Shown in pieces: positions 46,758-52,356 of a DNA stretch of 52,356 bases. Numbering within the stretch: position 1 is the first letter of the stretch; each line of letters starts with the position of its first letter. The notes below the pieces were generated by a model. The model made no database searches and was not told the origin of the DNA. It saw only the letters and a program-made list of their open reading frames with translations. This DNA is from a virus. Its lineage: Duplodnaviria > Caudoviricetes. The translations under genes and the position numbers were made by a program. The DNA lies in the IMG/VR virus record IMGVR_UViG_3300021959_000062, positions 1 through 52,356 of that record; one strand, written 5' to 3'.

Positions 46758-48791
46758 TTATCTGTAAATGCCAGTATAAAAATCATCGTTAGCATCATTT
46801 GTAAACCATTCTGGTCCTTTATACATATCTCCCTCTTGTTTTATAATGTCTTGTCTATTACCTCCAATAACATCATAGTTAGGAGCCGCTAATTTTTGCC
46901 TTGTTTGACGAGCAAGCATATTAGCTATTACTAAAGAACTATATCTATCTTTTCTTAATCTGCCCTTTTTACCATTATGCATTTTTACTTCTGGAGTATC
47001 CCATCTATCCCTAGCTCCTGCTCCAGTACTAGTCTGACTCATTACTACTGTGGTAAGCTCATTCTTAAGATCTTCTAGTTCTAATATACATTCACTTAGA
47101 TTATCATATAATGGAGTTAAGTCTACTTCCATAATATCCTTGCCTTCTTTATCTAGAGCTAAACCTAGTGTTAATTGATCAAATCTAGGAAACAATAATA
47201 CTCTATCTTCAAAGTCTTTTCTTAATCCATGATTGGCTTGTGCTGTCCAATCTGCCTTAGCAAACTGAATAAGTTCTAAAATATGTAGTCCTACTTGAGA
47301 ATCTGTATCTTTAGTTTTATCGTAATTAATTGTAGGCCAGATTAGGTGTTCTCCACTTTCTAAATTTCTAGGGTCATGTAAAGCCTCTTCAATAGCTACG
47401 CCACCACCCTGAGCATCCATGCCAATTACCTTTGGAGGAAAGGTTTTCATTAGATTACGGATCTTCCTTGCACAAAAACCATAGAAATCATGCTCATTAA
47501 CTAATCCTGTTTTTTGTCTTTCTTTAAAATTACTTCGATTAGTAGTCCACGAATAAACTATTCTACTATGATCTTCATGTAATTCTAGAATTATAATACT
47601 GAAATTATCTTTTTCTGAAGCTGGATCGATTCCATATATATATTGATGATTAGGATTCCCTGCGATAACAGCATCGAAGATAATTGGTTTATCATTAATA
47701 ACCACTGGGTTATCCTCTTTAACAACACAAGACTCTATGAGACTGCGTTTAAAGAATCCATCGCTGTCTTTTGTGAAACATGCAGCATATTCCATATTGT
47801 ATATACCGGTATGAATTGTAGCTTTAGCTCTAGCCACCTGCTTATCATCCATGAAACCTTTGGGAATTAATTCATATGGAACTCTGATAATACTGTAATC
47901 ATCCCAGTTAAAATTATCAGGAACTTCTCCTTTGAATAATTCTTCTAATTTATGCTTGTCGCCCTGACTCTCTATAATCCCTTTATATCTCCTCCAATAC
48001 TGAGCAAAGTGTTTAAAGCTATAATCTGCTGTGCCCGTTATAATAGCCTGATTACCCATTTTCTTTTCTAGGGTATCAAACTGCTCATTCCATAAACCAG
48101 CATCCTTCAGAGCCTTCTTACGAGCTTCCTCCTTGACATTCTGAATAGGACTAGCAGATACCGCAGCAAAACCAGCAACAACTGTTTCATATATATCAGG
48201 AGATATTGATGCGAATTCGTCAGCGATAATAATATGTGCTCTAAGACCTCGGATCTTGCTGCCATCACCCATAGGAACCGCAATGGTCCAACTATCACCA
48301 AGTCGTATCGTACACCTATCTACATCTCTTCTCGGCCCATCTTCGTTCCCTGTAAAGATGCTCCTTAAGATCGGACTGTTCCTCCATATTGTTTCCATAT
48401 ATTCAAAGATAATCTTACTCTGTCTGAATGCAGCACCTACAATTACGATTTTCGTACCTGGAGTAAAAGTACATTTTAATATGGCATATAAAGCCATAAG
48501 AAAGGATTTACCCCAACCACGAGAAGCTATATACATAGGGAAGGGTCGGTGCCAAAATTCTTGTAATATAACACACTGCATAGGATGTAGTTCTATATTA
48601 AATAATAGCTTGCAAGTCGCCCCCACATTATGAGGATCTCTTAATAGCTTCATCAGATGCATATCTGGATTTTCAATTTCTTCCTCGGTCCTATTAATCA
48701 TAGGATTATTTGGAATTACAATTTTTGATAAATCACCTAGACCTAGCCAGGCATCATCAAACGTCTGATTTGGGTTGTCCGTATAACTCAT
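46758..48791 (-). CDS. terL: Terminase large subunit
   Basis: Walker A ASRGWGKS; IRGLRA; Walker B IIIADE; nuclease motifs YGIDPA, IGMDAQGGG and KDRYSS. Confidence 0.95.
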   Translation of the reverse strand: MSYTDNPNQTFDDAWLGLGDLSKIVIPNNPMINRTEEEIENPDMHLMKLLRDPHNVGATCKLLFNIELHPMQCVILQEFWHRPFPMYIASRGWGKSFLMALYAILKCTFTPGTKIVIVGAAFRQSKIIFEYMETIWRNSPILRSIFTGNEDGPRRDVDRCTIRLGDSWTIAVPMGDGSKIRGLRAHIIIADEFASISPDIYETVVAGFAAVSASPIQNVKEEARKKALKDAGLWNEQFDTLEKKMGNQAIITGTADYSFKHFAQYWRRYKGIIESQGDKHKLEELFKGEVPDNFNWDDYSIIRVPYELIPKGFMDDKQVARAKATIHTGIYNMEYAACFTKDSDGFFKRSLIESCVVKEDNPVVINDKPIIFDAVIAGNPNHQYIYGIDPASEKDNFSIIILELHEDHSRIVYSWTTNRSNFKERQKTGLVNEHDFYGFCARKIRNLMKTFPPKVIGMDAQGGGVAIEEALHDPRNLESGEHLIWPTINYDKTKDTDSQVGLHILELIQFAKADWTAQANHGLRKDFEDRVLLFPRFDQLTLGLALDKEGKDIMEVDLTPLYDNLSECILELEDLKNELTTVVMSQTSTGAGARDRWDTPEVKMHNGKKGRLRKDRYSSLVIANMLARQTRQKLAAPNYDVIGGNRQDIIKQEGDMYKGPEWFTNDANDDFYTGIYR

Positions 48792-49236
48792 ACATCTTTC
48801 TCATAAGTGCTAAGGCCATCTTCTCTGCGTTGGCAGCATCACCGCAGAATAATATTTTAACGTTGTGCAGTAGCTGGAGCTCATTTAGGTGTTTGAGAAT
48901 AAATTTAGGAGATATTCTTAATTTACTCCACATACGTTTGGGTACTGTAGATCCTACTGGATATCTTAATATGTCTTCTAGGTTAAATTCAAATAGTAAG
49001 AAGGCATGTTGTACTTTAGATAGTCTTTCTACTACGTCTTTAAAGCGCTTTTCGGTTATATTATTAGCAAACTCACTAACGCTGCCTTTTCGTTCAATGC
49101 AGAAGAATTCTTGTAAACCCTCTAGGGAATAGTCACCTGTATCTAATTTAGCTACAGTTTTCTCCATTTTATTGAATTCCCACGGTTGCTGTTCTCTCGT
49201 GTCTACTATTATTTTAAAATTACTGAAGTCTATCAT
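48757..49236 (-). CDS. ERCC4/XPF-family nuclease
   Basis: IIVDTREQ...GDYS...CIERKG signature (VDxRE, GD, ERK). Confidence 0.88.
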   Translation of the reverse strand: MIDFSNFKIIVDTREQQPWEFNKMEKTVAKLDTGDYSLEGLQEFFCIERKGSVSEFANNITEKRFKDVVERLSKVQHAFLLFEFNLEDILRYPVGSTVPKRMWSKLRISPKFILKHLNELQLLHNVKILFCGDAANAEKMALALMRKMYELYGQPKSDV

Positions 49237-49492
49237 GGGCTAGTATTTTGAGAAATACAGCTTCATAATTGTCTTCCATACCTTGGATTTGTTTATGGTG
49301 TCGTCTGCAAAGAGTTATGCCGTTATTAGGGTCAAATCTTAATCCGGGGTAATGGGCCCATGTTTTAATGTGGTGAGCATTCAAGCCTCCTCTGGCTCTA
49401 CAGTTAGGCCATCGACATTTGAAACCATCTCTCTTGTATACTTCTTTTCTCCATTTCTTGTAATTTGGGTCTTGGAAGTTTCGTTGTGCCAT
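49220..49492 (-). CDS. Small HNH endonuclease (terminase-associated, HK97 gp74-like position)
   Basis: RDGFKCRWPNC...AHHI...NNGITLCRRHH; 90 aa. Confidence 0.9.
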   Translation of the reverse strand: MAQRNFQDPNYKKWRKEVYKRDGFKCRWPNCRARGGLNAHHIKTWAHYPGLRFDPNNGITLCRRHHKQIQGMEDNYEAVFLKILAHDRLQ

Positions 49493-49495
49493 TTC

Positions 49496-50476
49496 TTAAC
49501 TTTCTAACATATCTTGTATTAAGCCTTCAAAAGTCACCTGTGGATACCAGCCTAAATTGTTATTAGCCAATGTTGGATCTCCACATAGATACTCAACTTC
49601 TGCGGGTCTAAATAAATCAGGATCAATCTCTACATGATCCTCTGGGTTTAAATGTACACTTTTAAATGCTAAATGTAAAAATTCTTGTACGCTATGTGTT
49701 TCACCAGTTGCGATGACATAATCCTTCGGGGTTTCTTGTTGAAGCATCATCCACATGGCTCGGACGTAATCCTTGGCATGTCCCCAATCTCGATGAGCTG
49801 CTAAGTTACCTAGTTTTAGTTTAGGAAAGTCTGGTGACTTGCCACTAGCTATATAGTCTTTAATCCATTTCACAATCTTCTGGGTTACAAAGTTTTCACC
49901 TCTTCGGGGGCTTTCATGATTAAATAATATACCACAACAAGCAAACATATCATAAGCACTACGGTATATTTCTATCATATTATGAGCTGCTAGTTTAGCG
50001 ATTCCGTAGGGACTTTGTGGCAACATTTCAGTTTGTTCATTCTGATATTGTTTACCATTTTTTTGAGTAGAATAATTACGACCAAACATTTCACTGGTAC
50101 TAGCTTGATAGAGTTTAGTATGTGGGGAATAATGTCTAATGCCTTCTAAGATATTTGTAACACCAATAGTATTAATTTCAAAGGTAGTAGACGGTTGTTT
50201 AAAACTGGTGCCAACATGGGATTGTGCAGCAAGATTATAGAATTCATCTGGTTGGTATTTTTGTATAGTTTGATAAACTCCACTGGGATCAGTTAGGTCA
50301 AATTCTGTAAGTATAAAATTAGGATCGTCTAATAGGTGAGATACTCTTTCTAGATTATTAGTGGATGAACGGCGCCTACATGCTATTACGGTATAATTAG
50401 ATTGTAATAATAATTCACTTAAGTATGATCCATCTTGTCCTGTGATACCTGTTACAATAGCAGTCTGTTTACTCAT
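49496..50476 (-). CDS. gmd: GDP-mannose 4,6-dehydratase
   Basis: TGITGQDGSYL, YNLAAQSHV, YQASTSEMFG, SPYGIAK (YxxxK), GILFNHESPRRGENFVT, RDWGHAKDYV. Confidence 0.96.
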   Translation of the reverse strand: MSKQTAIVTGITGQDGSYLSELLLQSNYTVIACRRRSSTNNLERVSHLLDDPNFILTEFDLTDPSGVYQTIQKYQPDEFYNLAAQSHVGTSFKQPSTTFEINTIGVTNILEGIRHYSPHTKLYQASTSEMFGRNYSTQKNGKQYQNEQTEMLPQSPYGIAKLAAHNMIEIYRSAYDMFACCGILFNHESPRRGENFVTQKIVKWIKDYIASGKSPDFPKLKLGNLAAHRDWGHAKDYVRAMWMMLQQETPKDYVIATGETHSVQEFLHLAFKSVHLNPEDHVEIDPDLFRPAEVEYLCGDPTLANNNLGWYPQVTFEGLIQDMLES

Positions 50477-51311
50477 CTGTCTTTTCCTTAACTGTTTCTG
50501 GGGTTAGTAGTGGAGTGTCTACTTCTCCATCTTGATAGGTATGATATTCACTAAGATTTTTGACCTGTTGTTCCACAGCCATGTTCATAATTTCCATCTC
50601 TCGTCCTTCTTTTTCTCTGATCTCTTCGTCTTCTAGCATACGAATCAATCCGATCCAACTGCTTTTACCATCCTCGATACGTTTAATACGCTGTTCTCTG
50701 GTTGCTTTTAAATCTTTACTGATCTTTTGTTGCTCGTTTAAAAGCTTTGTATATTCATTGGTATAATTGGCTATACTATTACGAGCGAAGCTCAATTGAG
50801 TTTCTAGGTTGGCTAATTTGGGTCCGTCTCGTACGTCTTCTGGTAATTTATATTCTCTATCTACTTCTTCTTGTAATTTTTCAGTGTCAGCTATGTGGCG
50901 TTTCCGTTCCTTCATAGATCTATTGATAAGAATATCTATAGTTATAAATTGTTTAATTTGTAATTCTTCTGCTGGTAATACGTCTTCTCTGAATTGCTTA
51001 ACCAAACCAATCCATGTATCTTCAAAGTATTGTAGTTCTCCTGTGGATTCATCAAACTGCTTTGTTATTTCTATCCAGAAAGTTTTAGCATGTAATTTTT
51101 GTCGTAATGTTCTATCATTTTCTTGTTCGTCTTTAGATTGTATACCTATTTTAGATTCAGTTACGTATCTTTGTACGGGCTTAACAGTTCTATTTAAAGC
51201 CTCTGCTATTTGTTCTATGGATAGAGTTCCTATGTTGTCTCTAATAAATTCTTGTTCCTCTAGTCCTAATTGTCCACGTTTGCGTGGTGCCTTTTTAGAA
51301 GTCATAGCCAT
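50469..51311 (-). CDS. Putative terminase small subunit (N-terminal HTH plus coiled coil)
   Basis: EEQEFIRDN...IEQIAEALNRT HTH; long coiled coil; same operon upstream of TerL. Function inferred from position. Confidence 0.5.
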   Translation of the reverse strand: MAMTSKKAPRKRGQLGLEEQEFIRDNIGTLSIEQIAEALNRTVKPVQRYVTESKIGIQSKDEQENDRTLRQKLHAKTFWIEITKQFDESTGELQYFEDTWIGLVKQFREDVLPAEELQIKQFITIDILINRSMKERKRHIADTEKLQEEVDREYKLPEDVRDGPKLANLETQLSFARNSIANYTNEYTKLLNEQQKISKDLKATREQRIKRIEDGKSSWIGLIRMLEDEEIREKEGREMEIMNMAVEQQVKNLSEYHTYQDGEVDTPLLTPETVKEKTDE

Positions 51312-51963
51312 GTTCTTTCAGTATGGTTTTAATACATTCTAGTAATTTGTTAAGATGATTTTTATAAATCTTATCTCCATATTTTAATTTAAGATATGTT
51401 GGTCTAAATTGTGCAGGAATGTTTTCATCAAGTATTTTTAAAACTTGTTTGTTGGATACTATTTCTAATATTGAGTCATGGCTGGCTAATTTGGATATAC
51501 TGACATTTTGTTCTTTAAGGTCTTCTATTCCTACGGGTTTCATAATATTCTTTTTATTGGTATTACGATTATTCCATGTATGATATTCTTCGCAATTAGT
51601 TTTGTCATCATATTCATTACATTGATTTGTGGATGTAGCACAATGAGCATCATAAAAAACACAAGATAGACAAGGTTTGTCGGGTCTTTGATAATTATCA
51701 CGCTTATAATTAAATAATCTATTTCTTACATGTGTCCAAAGAAAATTTTCTAATGGACGTTTGTTATCATATTTTTCTAGTCCTTCTAATGCAAAAATAG
51801 CAGCTTGCTGCTTCATGTCTTCATAACTATGATATCCGAATTTAAATTTATGTCCAAGTCTCTTGCTTATGTTTTCTAATACTACTAAAAATTCTTGTTC
51901 TGATACTCCGTTAGCTAGCGTCGTCGTCTTCTTTTTGTGTTTCGTGATTTTCTTTTTGCTCAT
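51295..51963 (-). CDS. Phage-encoded short RNA polymerase sigma factor (region 2) with Cys-rich insertion
   Basis: YEDMKQQAAIFALEGLEKYDNKRPLENFLWTHVRNRLFNYKRD fits sigma70 region 2; C-x2-C-x6-C-x6-C-x8-C follows. Confidence 0.75.
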   Translation of the reverse strand: MSKKKITKHKKKTTTLANGVSEQEFLVVLENISKRLGHKFKFGYHSYEDMKQQAAIFALEGLEKYDNKRPLENFLWTHVRNRLFNYKRDNYQRPDKPCLSCVFYDAHCATSTNQCNEYDDKTNCEEYHTWNNRNTNKKNIMKPVGIEDLKEQNVSISKLASHDSILEIVSNKQVLKILDENIPAQFRPTYLKLKYGDKIYKNHLNKLLECIKTILKEHGYDF

Positions 51964-52075
51964 GTAATAATTCAGCGATAGCCTTGCCCTCTGGTTTGTT
52001 TAAATCATCCGTGACGTCTATGGATCCTGAAGCCTTAACTTCCAGAATGGAATCAATGTTTTTTATATCAGTCAT
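51911..52075 (-). CDS. Small acidic hypothetical protein (54 aa; not in the ORF track)
   Basis: MTDIKNIDSILEVKASGSIDVTDDLNKPEGKAIAELLHEQKENHETQKEDDDAS*; GAGG RBS; first ORF after the sigma70 promoter; overlaps the sigma gene start. Confidence 0.65.
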   Translation of the reverse strand: MTDIKNIDSILEVKASGSIDVTDDLNKPEGKAIAELLHEQKENHETQKEDDDAS

Positions 52076-52108
52076 TTTTATCTTGCCTCAATTGTAAAAA
52101 TTTCTATT

Positions 52109-52136
52109 ATTATATTAAAGATACACGATTTGTCAA
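52109..52136 (-). promoter_or_regulatory. Consensus sigma70 promoter TTGACA-N16-TATAAT
   Basis: Minus strand TTGACAaatcgtgtatctttaaTATAAT, 34 nt upstream of ATG 52075; the spacer contains a GTGTA box. Confidence 0.85.
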
Positions 52137-52152
52137 CTTTAAAGGCATAAAT

Positions 52153-52356
52153 ATGAGAATATACAAGAAATGGAGCAGTCAAGAGCTGTGTTTTATAGCG
52201 GAAAACTGTAATAAGATGAAAGATAAGGAATTAGCAGTATTGTTAAGTGAAAAATCTGATTGTAAAGTTACAGTAGATATGTTACGCAGACAAAGAAGGA
52301 AATTACAGATCAGGAAAAAGCGAGGGAGACCTTTTAAAGGAGAAGAAACATGCCTA
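52153..52356 (+). CDS. Small basic HTH-like DNA-binding protein with AT-hook; runs to window edge
   Basis: MRIYKKWSSQELCFIAENCNKMKDKELAVLLSEK...LRRQRRKLQIRKKRGRPFKGEETCL; divergent from the structural operon. Confidence 0.65.
   Translation, partial: MRIYKKWSSQELCFIAENCNKMKDKELAVLLSEKSDCKVTVDMLRRQRRKLQIRKKRGRPFKGEETCL

Noticed and set aside
46758-48791. Intein or intron in terminase
   Set aside because: Continuous ORF with all motifs in normal order; no intein or LAGLIDADG signatures seen.
216-51342. Many plus-strand ORFs and short alternate-frame minus ORFs in the track
   Set aside because: They overlap well-supported minus-strand genes and have shadow-ORF composition (Ser/Leu/Phe-rich) with no recognisable motifs.
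1-52356. Host assignment, prophage status, tRNA or other RNA genes
   Set aside because: No integrase, att site, host genes or cloverleaf-like sequence seen; intergenic gaps are under ~105 nt; the host cannot be inferred from this window alone.

Overview
AT-rich, gene-dense segment of a large tailed (siphovirus-like) bacteriophage; no host genes, tRNAs or CRISPR arrays seen. Almost all genes are on the minus strand. In reading order (right to left) they are: a short phage sigma factor behind a consensus sigma70 promoter; a packaging block (putative TerS, GDP-mannose 4,6-dehydratase, HNH, ERCC4 nuclease, TerL); portal; protease with a nested scaffold; decoration protein; major capsid protein; a ~32 kb block of fibre/adhesin genes sitting within the head-neck module (including a ~4560 aa protein); neck and tail completion genes; tail tube; two paralogous chaperone-like genes; and a tape measure gene that runs off the left edge. 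The most interesting signals are: (1) an apparent plug-and-socket assembly code in the appendage block (Mtd_N-like domains, C-terminal ID(G/C)GxP motifs, LxTEDxxxL motifs, C-terminal Pro in 6 of 12 genes); (2) a recurring GTGTA-N8/9-TA single-box promoter candidate that fits a sigma factor with no clear region 4.2; (3) possible gpG/gpGT-type chaperones made by gene duplication instead of frameshifting; (4) an xxGG-punctuated insert in the tape measure; (5) an intact type-1 copper-site motif in a putative virion adhesin; (6) gmd inside the packaging operon. All calls come from motif recognition by eye, with no database searches.
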